A stretch of 63,970 nt of DNA, counting the filler, from Cercozoa sp. M6MM (Eukaryota > Protista > Endomyxa: Ascetosporea), in the NCBI GenBank assembly GCA_040357565.1. It is 12 parts of 12 records of this genome, joined end to end, with 100 filler letters (N's around TTAATTAATTAA, not from the genome) between each part and the next. Parts side by side here need not be neighbours in the genome. Positions count along the whole stretch, not along the records: positions 9,716 to 28,444 come from JBDODJ010000228.1; 11 more parts are not named here. One strand, given 5' to 3'. The position numbers were made by a program, and so were the translations under genes. Under the pieces are notes generated by a model. It searched no databases. It was not told the origin of the DNA and saw only the letters and a list, made by a program, of their open reading frames with translations. Shown here piece after piece: positions 12,777 to 24,527 of the stretch (its first letter is position 1; each line of letters opens with the position of its first letter).

Positions 12777-14292
12777 ATGATACGGCCTCGGAGGCGGCAC
12801 CTTGGCGACACAAAAGCATGTAGGAAGAACTTCAAATCTGAATGACCAAATTCTGTTTTCAACTCACGAGCGAAAAACTGCAGGGACTCTGCCGGGCGTG
12901 CTTGCCTTGGTTCTGCTGTGTTCAACGCTGATGTGGTCGATAGCCTCTGTTAAAATCGATCAAGGGTATTTCCCTCGTGTCGATGTGCATCGAAACCATG
13001 ACCACTCGACACAAGAGGAGTTTCTGGTATGGTAACCGTCGGTGTGTTTTTACGATTCGATGGTCTTTTTGAGTTTGCTTTGGCAGAGTTCGCTGGAAGA
13101 AAGGCTGACAACAACTATGACAGTTGTTTCTGGTGCCCAACTGGAGACTGTCATGGTATCCATGGTAAGTATCCGATAGTATTCGATGTGGATATGTCGA
13201 CAGTGGCACTATTGGGACCGACCCATATCAGGGAGTACGTCGTCGCAGATGGGGCTGGTGCTGCGCATGTGCGTGCAGCAGCACGGGAGCGCCTTTCAAG
13301 TGATCACTCCGTACACTTTACCCCTCAGACATGTACAGTATCTACTGGAGTCCATGTACCGTACAGGGCACACGCAGAGAGAGCACTGACAGCATTCTGG
13401 ACCCAAGAGTATTTGAAACTGCAGCCACACCAGACGCGAATTCACGTCAGTTCGTGTTCTGTTTGTTTCTCAAAGCTAACTGTAAATTATAAGTGTAAAA
13501 TTTCTGTTTTATTGCCTGCAGGCACAAGACTACGCGAGACTTCTGTGGCTACGATTGGAGACACTATCGTCGTTACATCGGCACAACGTCGTAAAGTACA
13601 CATGGCTGCACTTGTACGGAGGTACAATCAGTACACTTATTCTGGGAGGTTGCAACTCTGTTTCGCAACACAAAAGCAGGAATCTGGGTCGACGATGAGA
13701 GAGCGTGTCTGCGCAACTTCAGATCGACAATGTTGGAACCCATTGGTACTTTACCCCAATTTCTTTTACTCCGCCTTTGTATTTATTATGTGTCTTCCAC
13801 GCACTGAATATTTCGGACTTGGCTCCGGCTATCATTTTGCTCTGTCAACAGGAGCAGGCAGCGGTGACAACAGGTTGGAACGCGTGCACGATGCAGTGCA
13901 CAAGGTACAGTACCGTTAACAGGGCGTACTAAGCTGAGATTTAAATCTATAAAACCGAAACATTGACAGGGCATGGCGACGCACGATTTGCCAAAAGTGG
14001 TCGCACTGAAAAATCACAGCGTAGTCGCTTGTCGGAGCGGAGCGCTTTACCTGTGTACGTGCCAGTTGTTCTCGGAGTGAACCACTGGGCAGACCAGAAA
14101 CCTGTAGGTGCGAAGGAGATAGAGGACAGGTTGCGGCATCTCGCGTGTGTCGACGTCGATGCCGTCAACCTCGGCAACTGGTGTTCTGTTGGGCGCGCGA
14201 ACGAGGAAGTCGGCAACGACGAGTTCTTTGGTTGGCGTGTGCTCCAAATGCACCTACCACCGAGCACTTCCATCGTGCTGGTGCCTGACTGA
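12777..14292 (+). CDS. Type II membrane glycosyltransferase, GT32/capsular-polysaccharide-synthesis (DXD) type
   Basis: Spliced: basic N-tail MIRPRRRH, TM segment GVLALVLLCSTLMWSIASV, then WHYWD...LVLRMCV, and NVVKYTWLHLYG|GIWVDDERACLRNF, which fits YGGxWxDxD. Confidence 0.7.
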
Positions 14293-14582
14293 TATTCGGT
14301 TGAACTGACTCAAGAAGATGCATTGGATAGCACACCGACACTGTACGGGTGCAGTACTGATTAAATAGCGACGAGCTCTTGCAGGAGAATTGAAATGGAA
14401 GGCAATCGTCGCCTGTAATGTATCGTATCGTACCTCCGTCCATAACTCGAGCTCAGCGCAAACGCATTTTCGAAGCTGTTTTTGCGTGGCGTTTGGTTGA
14501 ACAGAACTGACGTGAACGGGAGCTGAGTAACGCGCCAGACCTTGTGTTGTTTTGTTGAACTAACTGAAGTCGTTAACTGGGA

Positions 14583-14664
14583 ACTGACGTGAAGTTATGC
14601 GAAAAGTAAGAAAAGGTATACGGACTGACGTGAAGTTATGCGAAAAGTAAGAAAAGGTATACGG
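14583..14664. repeat. Perfect 41-bp tandem duplication, intergenic
   Basis: actgacgtgaagttatgcgaaaagtaagaaaaggtatacgg occurs twice in tandem. Confidence 0.95.
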
Positions 14665-14981
14665 TGGAATTTTCGTTTTTGCTGTCCAATCACTCACGTC
14701 ACTCCAATGAAAGGGTCAAAGTCAAAGCTGAAGTTCTGGTACTTAACTGTCTGTTTAGACTGGACTTAGCAGAAACAGATTTACAGTAGACGCTGTACAC
14801 AGTGAGATAAATCAAAGAAGAGCGATTGCAATTGCAAAAGCCGATACTACACAGAGGCTGTCCGCTGGTTTTGTGCAGCGTTTCTTCAGGGGGAGAGTAC
14901 ACAGTCTTAAAGACGTAAAGACGTAATGTACGTTCAGTTCGAGGGGCGGAAGCAGCTTGTGTTGAGAGAGGCGACAGTGGG

Positions 14982-15791
14982 TCAGTGCTTGAGACAGAGT
15001 AGCTCCAGCTGTACGCGCACGAGCTCGCCGGCCAAGTCGGACGGCAGGTCGTCTTGCTCTCGGGCGCGCTTGACGGCGAAGCAAGCGCGAGCAGCGCGTT
15101 CGCCAACTGAGTCGCAAGCGCGCACGACTTGCGTGCGTCTGCTCAGAGGGAACACGCATCTAAACCAGTGACACTACGATAGAGGCCTCGTACAGGCACA
15201 ACCACTGTACCGCTTGATCGGCGTCGCGGCTTCGCAAAGCGGCAGTTCGCTAGCGCAAGTGCGGTACTCGGCGAGCACCGCTACACCACGAAACACACAA
15301 AACAGAGTGATAGAAATGCAAACTGACGGGAAAGAGACAAGACGGAACTGAAAGTGAAAAAGCGAGAAATTAAAGCGAAGTGAAAAAAGCGAAAGTGAAA
15401 CTGATGAAAGTCAAAGCCAAAGCCGAAAAAAGCCAAAGCGAAACGAACCAAGCGAACTGAAACAAGCGAAAGTTATATTACACAGACGGGCCGCGACAAG
15501 GGCGGCATGGGTGGCCACCAGCTGGCCGAGTTGACGCTGGAGCGCGAGCTCCTGCTCGGCGCGACGCACCGCCGCCGTCGCTTGCTTGAAGACGAGCACG
15601 CTGTAGCTGCGGTGCACACGCGCGAATTGCTTGTCGGCGCGGCGCAGCTCCTCCTCGGCAGCGGCCAGCCGCTGTGCCGAGCGTGAGCGGAAGCGAGGAA
15701 GGCGGCGCGGCAAGCGCAGGTGCTGGCGCAGGTTGGGAAGGCCCCAGTGGGGCAGATGCGGGTGGTGGACAAAGTCCACGAGCTTTGACAT
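14982..15791 (-). CDS. Hypothetical coiled-coil protein, about 3 exons
   Basis: MSKLVDFVHHPHLPHWGLP...AAAEEELRRADKQF...|AVLAEYRTCASELPLC...|CVFPLSRRTQVVRACD...ELLCLKH*. Confidence 0.5.
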
Positions 15792-16394
15792 GACAGTCTG
15801 ACAACACAACACACACACAAGAACATCACCGAATATTAAACGAGGTTTCGAGGGCACGCACAGCAAGCACACACTAGCCACACAGCATTGGAGCCCAGCT
15901 AAAAGGGTGTAACTCACCATTTTGGTTGACAAAAAACTTTTGGGTTCAGGATTGGTGGCCGATCAGTGACCAGGTCACATCATCACGTACCCCCAGAGCG
16001 CGCGGTTTGCCGAGTGTGCCACCAAAACGCCATTTTGAGCGATTTCTCCTTGTCTGGTGCACCTTACGGCCTCTAGTTCGGTCAAATAGTGCAAACAACT
16101 AAATCTCAACTAAAGACCCCAGCATACGTTCTAAGAGACACTGTGGCTCGAAAAAACGAGAAAAACCGGTCTGGGCGAGTTTTGGTCGTTGTGACAGTTT
16201 TTTGAGGATCTTGCGAGTTGTAGAGCGACTTTAGGCGCGCCAACTGCCACAGCACTGCCAAATTGTGTTATGCGTGGGCTGTGCACGTTTGAACTGTTGG
16301 GCACTTGTCGCGCGCCAACGCTTTCTTGCTGGTCGTGACGTTACGATAAAAAGCCCTACCGGCCGGGGAGCCGAGCCAATTGTTACCGCTGCCC

Positions 16395-16497
16395 GTCATG
16401 ATCGAGGTTAATTGCTGCCGAGTGGTGGGGTCACCAACGCAGTCGGTGACGGACACAAATTCCAGACGGAAAAGTCATGATCGAGGTTAATTGCTGC
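16395..16497. repeat. 24-bp perfect direct repeat separated by 55 bp
   Basis: gtcatgatcgaggttaattgctgc at 16395-16418 and 16474-16497. Confidence 0.95.
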
Positions 16498-16639
16498 GTT
16501 TAATTGCCGTTAAACTTAGCTCAGGCGCGTGCATTCTTAGTGTGCTCACGCGTGCAGCTTCGGACAAATTGAATGCAGACTGAGATTCGGGTTTTGCCTG
16601 GTTAGAGGCCAGGCTACACGCACCAGCAACTGACTCAGT

Positions 16640-18042
16640 TTGATGTCCTTTGTTTCAGCAAACGTCGCAATCTTCGAGCCTGATGCAGTAATCCGACTTC
16701 TGATCATGATTCCAATTTTCGGTGTGTTTTACATATTATTCGCTCTGCAGGCAAAGAAAAAGAAGCTCGCGCAATGGAAGCAAAAGTTCAGCAAAAGCAC
16801 TGCGAAGCTTCAAAAGGAGAGTGCTGGTCACGATCAGAGGTTAGTTTTTACAACGGACTCGTTGCGACCACTTACTGTTCGTGTTGTAGGTTTTGTGACT
16901 CCCAAACAGTCGTGCTGGAGACGCAGAGACTCGTTGAGAAAGTGCGCGAAGCACTCGCGCGGCACCGCAATTTGCACGAACTGCGCACTTCGCAGCACGA
17001 CGAGGAGTCAAGCGACTCAGAGGGAGGAGCGACTGGACACGATCTGCAGACCGTTGCCACTTCTGCCAGTAAGCTGAATTGTCTGTATACAGTAAATTTT
17101 ACAGTCGAGATGTTGAATGATGATTGGGGCTTGCCTGTCTCTTAGGTTCGAAATGTCGTACTGATGTCGATGCTGTACTTGGTGGCAGTGACAACGCCTT
17201 CAGCCCTGCCTCTTCTCCGCGGTACCTGTCGTGTATCATATTTGTAACGAATTGGCTCTTCACATGAATTTTTGTGTTGACAGCGGCAGGGTTCCACGTC
17301 TGAAAGAACTCATGTTGGAGCAATTCGCTTTGAGGTTCGGCAAGGTGCTCCAACGTCTGCCTTGCGCAGAGGTTCCTGTTCTGCCAACTGTAGCCCTGGT
17401 ATGCATCCCATAAACACCTTACTACAGAAGGCACACCTCAACATTGGCAGAACAAACAAGCGGTTGCACTCGTCGACCGCGGCAGCGCTTTATACCAGTG
17501 GAAAGAGGGAGGTCAGTTTTGCTGTCAGACACATCTATGATACAATCAGGCAGTCGTACCGTAATTTATGCACGACGTAGTGGTCTGTGTGACTGCGCAT
17601 TCTCAAAGAAAGCACCTTGGGCAGATCGTGAACACACTTCTCGCAATTGATAAGTGTAAGAGTTGTGCAATTTATCTGCCATTTTCAACACCCTGAAAAG
17701 CCTGGTGAGTTGCAGTGAGGACGGCATGCGACAGACATCGCCGAGAGCGACGCATCCTCATTTCGCAGACTCAGATCGAATATTGTAAGTCCACTTTCAT
17801 TCTCTGTTCAATACACCTGACCGATTTTATGCGTAGGTGAGTTGCTGCTATCAGCTGCTGCCACGATAGAACTCCACAGCGCAATCAACAGCGAACTTCG
17901 CTCGATAGCACAGCGCTGTCGACAACGGTATCTGTTGCTGCGCACAGAGTGCGGCACTGACCCAAAGTTGAATGACTACCTCCTTCTGTACAACAGCAAC
18001 TCAAATAACATCGAGCATTTAGTACTGAATCTTGTACTGTAG
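16640..18042 (+). CDS. Hypothetical protein, multi-exon; start uncertain
   Basis: Exons AKKKKLAQWKQKF..., FCDSQTVVLETQRLVEKVRE..., GRVPRLKELMLEQF..., and terminal ...NIEHLVLNLVL*. Confidence 0.45.
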
Positions 18043-18640
18043 GAAACAAGAGCGACGTCGTTTGGCTGCCTGGCAAAGTAAACAGCTTTGACATGGAACA
18101 AACAGCTGCAAACCAAAAGAGCTTGAATAATGTCTACAGAGAGCATTCGCATGTTGCGTGCATGTGAACGTCAACTTCGTCGACTTGAGCTCGCTGAACT
18201 GGTACAGATAGAACATAAGATGAGCACGTCATTTGTTGTTGCAGTATTTACTTGAGAAAAGTCGTTGTAGCCAACGCATCCGTCGGTGCAAGCACTGGCA
18301 AAACTCGTCGGTGCATGGAGACAATGCACCGAAAATTCACGCTCACATATTCACTCCATCGTTGGCAACGTGTGTCTTGGCAACGCCGACGCAGGGTCGC
18401 TGGTGTCGCGTTGGCGTTTTTCGCCACATACCAATGAATACCTGTCCGCACGCACCCAAGCCACCCAGACTGATATCTGATTAAACTGACTGAAGACGGA
18501 CCGTGACGAGAACTGTACCAACTGAACTAAACGTGAAGCTTCGTTAACTGACGATATGTATTGTGGGAACATAGCTTGCGCTGGGGGCTAGCTTGGGCAG
18601 TTGCCTGTACGGCGGGGTTTTTCGAGGCAAAATCAGAACC

Positions 18641-18823
18641 AAATCCCCTTTTAGCCCTTAACCCCCCAAATCCCCTTATACCCCCAAATCCCCCTATACC
18701 CCCTAATCTCCCTTTACCCCTAGTCCCCCTTTACCCCCTAATCCCCCTTTACCCCCTAATCCCCTTTTACCTCCCTTTACCCCCTAATCCCCCCTTTACC
18801 TCCCTTTACTCCTAACCCCTTTA
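18641..18823. repeat. Degenerate CCCCTAA/CCCCTTTA telomere-like interstitial array
   Basis: Repeats of ccccctaat / ccccctttac, located just past the TLDc stop codon. Confidence 0.8.
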
Positions 18824-18977
18824 CCGCCGTATATCTAATAAAACGAAAGCAGTTTTATAGTGCGGTAAATTTATTTTGGAGTTCTGATCTGCCTCGGAAA
18901 ACTCCCCACTCGAACGCGACGGAATCTTTCACTTTCAGTTGCCTTTCGCTCATGGTGTCGAAGTTAAAACGTTTCGC

Positions 18978-20239
18978 TCAGGCAGCGAAAGCCGGCTCAA
19001 CCAGCCACAGCTCGACGCAATGCAAGTCAAACTCGGCGCTTCTTGAGTCCTCGCCAGCGTGTGCCTGCTGATCAGAAGTGAGCGGGTACAGCGTTGGAGA
19101 GCTGAACGTCTCACAAGGGCTACTAACGGCAGTCTATCCGGAGAGTTCAGTTATTGAAAACGTGTGCGTATCGAATACAAGGTGTTGAGAACTTAAAGTT
19201 GGACCAAAGCTGGTATACTGCTAAGTCGTGTCTCAGAACGAGGGCGGCACTTTTGTTCTCCGCTTTCGATGAGCCGATCGACAAGAAGGGCGACTTGCTT
19301 CTGCAGTTCCCGAAGGTTAGATTTCAAAGTTACAATCAGAATAAATTTAGACTTGTACGCCATTTCGACGTGCACATAATCTTGGTTGGCGCCCGTTGGT
19401 CGGTATACACTCATCTTGCCGTTGTTTGACGGAAACACGCACTGCATCAGTGGAAATGCACTAAACTATTAATCCGCTCGCATTCCCGAGTACCAATGTG
19501 GTGTCGCTGTCGCCGTAATAAGTCGAAGCGCGCGGAGTGAGACTTAGCCCCTGTCGTACAGTAGAGAAGTTCTTCTATGTCACAAGTGATGCAAAATAAA
19601 ATCTACCGCGGAATCAAAGTGGACGGAGATGACTGCCTTGTCTGTCGAAAGTACCAGCACACTTCCGCACCGTATCTGCTTGTGCTCGTGCAATCGGCGC
19701 GCCAGCGCACGCAATGAATATCTAAGTTTAAGTACGGTGCACAAACATAAATAAGGTCAGGTCTCGTTGGCACCGAAAACTAAAGTACCCATCTTGTGCC
19801 GTCGAAAAGCTTCGCTTCCAGTTCACGAACTTCAGTCTGCTCGGCAGATGCACGTGAACGCGACGTCGCAGATCTTTCGTGAGTACCACCGTGGCTTCTT
19901 TGACGTTCACTTGGGGAACGAACCCGCTTATTTCGAGTGCCTCATCCTGCAAGCACTCGGGTGCTTTAATATCGACACGCGATAGAACAGAATCTAAACG
20001 TTGCAACTCACTAGAGACACGAGAGTTTCGGAGCTTTTTGAGAGAAGAGAGGCGTCTTGATTTTCGTCCGCCTCTCGGCCGTCGCTTTCGGCGAATGTTT
20101 GATCTCCGTTTTCCAGGTCGATGAGGTTCACATACTCCTCGCTGCTCGGTCGAGGGGATTCTTGGCCGAGCAACGCCTTGAGTCGATCTCGCTGGAGCCA
20201 AAGTCCTACCGCGCAAGCTATTACAAACAATGCCAACAT
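18978..20239 (-). CDS. TLDc (OXR1/NCOA7-type) domain protein with N-terminal hydrophobic anchor
   Basis: Spliced: VHLPSRLKFVNWKRSFSTAQDG|YSLRALARRL...VLVLSTD...|YYGDSDTTL|...VYRPTGANQDY...VALLVD...SSPCETFSSPTL...FDLHCVELW. All TLDc blocks appear in order. In-frame ATGs also exist further upstream, up to 20389. Confidence 0.88.
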
Positions 20240-20387
20240 GCTGTGAAGCACGTCACTGGCCGAACTGTCTGCCCTGGACTTGCAGTTGGCCAAAGCACTT
20301 TCTGTGTCTGAAAAACCAAGAAACGCCGAAAATACCACAATCCTCATGAACCATAACTTGGTATCCGGTTCTAAACCATAAACCCTC

Positions 20388-22197
20388 ATGTCCGACTTTA
20401 CCGCGAGGGTCGAAGGTACGCTTCAGGTGGAGCCGCTGCGGCTTCAACACAGCAAACAAAACTGCAATTTTATTGCCAACTCGAAGGACGAAATTTTGCT
20501 AGCGCATCCCACTTGTTGGCGCTCAGAACCGGCACCTGTGCCTGTAACCACGTTCCGCACCACGTCAGAAGTGTTCAATGCGCCCAAAATCCTCGTGCGC
20601 GCCCCACGAACAGCCAATCTTGACCAAGGAGTGTGGTCAACTCAAGAAAAGTATTCTGCACAGGGCACTCAAAGCTCAAAGCGGTGGCGATCATGGAAGC
20701 GGAGCACCTTGTTGCGTCGAGCACGTGAAGCTCGTCCTTCTTCGCGGCGGCAAAGGCGCGTTGAAACTCATAAAGCTGGGATACAGTCGGAAAAGGCGAA
20801 AAAGCAAGAAAAAGGGAGTATCGTTGCAAACAGCATAGCTGCATTGCCAAATGCATGCGCCGTCAGCAGCTTGAAGCAAACGAAGTTGCATGGCGAAATC
20901 GATGCGATGCGGCAGCGAAGCAAGGCGACAGTTGCGAAATCGCTGCGCGCACTGTCCGTTCTGCGCGTTCGTTGGATGCGCGAACGGAAGAGACCTCAAT
21001 CGGCGAGAGGACGTCGCCGTTCCTTTCTTGAGCACAAGCGCGCGTGCCGTGCGCGTCTGCTACGTGCTTGTTTTGAAGTTATGCTTTGCCGCTTTCGAGT
21101 GCTCTCGCGCCTGCAGCAGGTCGCGCAGCAGTGCTTCGTCGATCGCGTCGATCCTTCTCTGTCAATACGACGTATCGTGTTTCGTAGCTGGTGTGACTTC
21201 TTCGAGCAAGAAGTGTCAAAATGCTTTATGACTTCACTGTAGGAAAAACGCGGCACTGTGCCTGGCGGTAGAGTCACGTCGCATCCAGCAGTTCTCAAAG
21301 CATCAAAGACGAACGAAATGTGTGGCAGCGGTATCGATTTGGCGACTCAAGACGAGGGCGAAACAGCAACGCGCGCAGTGTGCTCGCAAAGTGGAACTCG
21401 CGAGAATACGGAGACACAGTGTACCGCGTTGGAGGTTCCACGTGCGCAGGAAGGCCGTCTTGTGTGAGCAGGCACTACGAGCGAAAAGGTGCTTCACTTT
21501 GCGCACTTGGTCGATCTTTGTTCGGGTGGCAGTGCGAGCGCACCTCCAGTGGACAGCTTCACTATCGAGCAGTCGACCTGAGATTCGTGACATCGTTCGA
21601 CGAAGTGTCGCTTTCGGAACGGCCTATCATCTGAAGCAAACACAGACCGGAGGAAGGAACGAAACAAGCACTAACTATGTCGTTTGCAGGATACTTCGCA
21701 CCACGTGGGCTCATTGGCAGCGCGCTCGGCAAGTGCGCGAGCTGAAGCTGCATTGCCATGCACTACAGAAGCTGCGACTGGCGCTGGTGCAGTTCATCAA
21801 TCGCAGCGTCATGCGGCATGTTCTGCATACGCTGCTTGAACACGAGACGCATCTCCACACGAGGTTCTTTCATTCATATTGCACCGAACTCAAGTAAACT
21901 TGTGCATGGAAGTACTACAGGAGCGCACTGAGCGAACAACTGTTTTACCGTCGAAAGGTGCGAAAGGCAGCACACGCACTGAGACTTTACTCTAAACAAC
22001 GACGCGAGGCGAAACAAAAGGCACTAGTGTTGCTGCAAAAGCGACGGTGTGCGACTGCGAGTCGGCGAGAGGTGCTGCGGCACGCGTTGTCGTGGTGGCT
22101 GCGGGGCATGTCGTCGCTTTTTCATTACCTTCACGCAGAGGCACATGACTGCACTGTCGCGATGCTTCTCAACTCCGGTGGTCTCCGTCCGCGGTGA
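20388..22197 (+). CDS. Sfi1-like (centrin-binding repeat) protein; end approximate
   Basis: Arg-rich helical repeats ending in Trp: IVFRSWCDF, LRTWSIF, AHLQW, ILRTTWAHWQR, LRHALSWW. Confidence 0.6.
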
Positions 22198-22243
22198 GCT
22201 AAGTTAGCTACACTATCGAACTCGCGCGATCGATTGAACGTAA

Positions 22244-24331
22244 CTATTGACTCTCGCGCACTGTGTCAATCTCCGGAGCGACAAACTCGACCTGTCCCGC
22301 CGTTCTAATGTGTTGTACACCGTAGTCACTCTTCGTGAGCTTTCTGAGGTGAAAGCGAAAGAGGTTCATCATACGGGACGGCAAGAGTAGCGAAGGAGAT
22401 GCGGCGGTTTTCATCGGGCGATTGCGACGACTAAAGTCGTTACAGTAGCACACGGCAGTGGTGGTCCCTCCGTCAGCACACAACTGAAAAAATAAGATAA
22501 ATCTTACTTCGTCGGAACTGACTTCGTCTGATGCGAACTGCCGACGCAACCGCGCGCGACGTTCTTGCCAGACACTTCAGATCAATGAAACGATACAGCC
22601 TGAGACAGGCAGTGTATGTGAAAGTAATACCTAATGGTGCCTCGAAGCTTTCGAAACATCAGCATGGTCCAATAGTAGTTGAGGAAGAGCAAGACAGTCC
22701 CCAGTCTACGCAAAACAGTCACACCTTCTGACAGTCAGTCAAGCCACGTCATACATCTCAAGTTCAACTGACGAGAGAAGAATGATCGACATCGCAAAGT
22801 ATAGTCCGTTGGACAGCTTCACTGTTCCACAACCAGGGGGAATACAAGTTTAATATATAAACTCTCAACTGGTAAAGAAAGAACGCACAGTGGTAAACAC
22901 TGCGAGCGTCGTCGAGATTGATCAGAAAGCGGGCCACTGAGACACAAGTGAACACGTAACCAACCGTGCCGCCGACGTCTGAACATCCAAACACTCATGC
23001 AAACGTGCCTTGCACCCTGTAAAATAGAAAGACACCTCGGATCAGCACGAATGAAATGACAAAAACGGCCTCCACTCCCATAAAGTACTTCTGCAACAAG
23101 ACACATGGATACTTTGGAGACCAACTGAAGACGTCTGGTGGTAATCTACCGTGTGACGTTCACGATTCGGAATGCCGAATTTCATGGATAAAATCCGCGC
23201 ATACATAGCGAGGTTGCTTCCTTTGTTCAGATAGCACATACAGCCATCAGTCAGCACTCTTGATCTCTGACTGAAACAACGAAGAAACCTTCGAACGAGA
23301 GGAAGGCCACGATGTACCACTGCAAGAACGGCCTTTCCGGGTCTGCAGTGTCACTGACATGGATCGCAACAAGGACTATTGTGTATCCGGGTTGTCTACT
23401 GGGAGGGTACTGAAGAAGTAAGACGTCGCCAACAGCATGATACTGTGATGCACGACGTGTTGTTTCTCTGAAAATAACTGTAATTCCAGCGTATGCCTGC
23501 TCAATGTACTTAAAGTACCCAACTTGGTGCCTCTCCATGCCAGTGCCATAATGAGACAATCCCAACACACGTAGGCTCGCGACAGGGCAACGACGAGACT
23601 GCCCAGTTCAGTACTTCCCAGCACAAGTCCGTAGTCTTTTCGGTACTATAAATTTGCTCTTATATTAAGCTAAACCCCATTAGTAGTCAGTTTCTGCAGG
23701 GTAAAAGTTGGGTACGGCAGGAAACAGATCGATGCGAAATAGCACATGCAGCGACGCGACAAACACGACCTGGGGGGACACTCAACATGTAGTACAGCGT
23801 ACAGTACACTGTGGTGTCATGTAGTGCATGTGCATACCAAAGCATGTGCAATGGAGACCACGAGACCCGCGAGTTCCCATCCTAATCAGAGTACCCGTAC
23901 AGTACGAACACGGCTTTCACTCAGCACGTTGCATACGCAGCTTTCGTCGCAGCACCCGCAGCTCGCTCTCGCACTCGACGCGTTCCTTGTGCTCGGCTGC
24001 TTTTTCATTCCCAAGGGGTACCAATGTTTACGTGCATACTCCCTTACAGTAACTTAAAGCATAGGCTACGCAGGGCCTCGAGTTCGTCCATGCCGAGTTG
24101 CATGGCCTCAGTCTGCTGCTGCTCGAGCTGTTGGAGCTCCTGCAGATGCAGGCGCAGCGACTGCAACGGCGGCGGCGGCGGTGCCCAGCGCGTCAGTGTC
24201 GCGAAAGAAAACAAGCCCAGCACCGCACATGCCAGCAATGACAGCAGGAACAGGTCATAATCGTTCCACCAAGGTCCTGCTAGCAGGTCCACGAACACTG
24301 GGTCCAGCTGACTACGTAAGGCGTTTCTCAT
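22244..24331 (-). CDS. TLC (TRAM/LAG1/CLN8) domain multi-pass membrane protein; 3' end approximate
   Basis: WELAGLVVSIAHAL, SRAYVCWDCLIM, HVVHHSIM, SFEG|SNLAMYARIL, FVISFVLIRG, LLFLNYYWTMLMFRKL. This is the canonical TLC motif series. Confidence 0.85.
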
Positions 24332-24527
24332 CTTCCAATCATGAAAAATGTACGGCTGACAGATAGTCTGTGAGACGACACTGACACATGTCAACTCGGA
24401 CTTGCTAAAGTCAGAGACACCCCATCAGCAAAATTATTGTCCGACTGGCCAACTAAATAATTCACCGGGATCTGTGTCGTATTATTTGGTTGATCCACAA
24501 GCGCTGGGCTGTGCGCATAGCTCAGGC

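Noticed and set aside
16395-16497. Mini CRISPR array
   Set aside because: Only two repeats, a 55-bp spacer, no cas genes, and a eukaryotic context.
20387-20390. Divergent genes sharing overlapping ATGs in one CATG
   Set aside because: The TLDc gene more plausibly starts at a downstream Met (about 20239). The overlap cannot be supported without transcript data.
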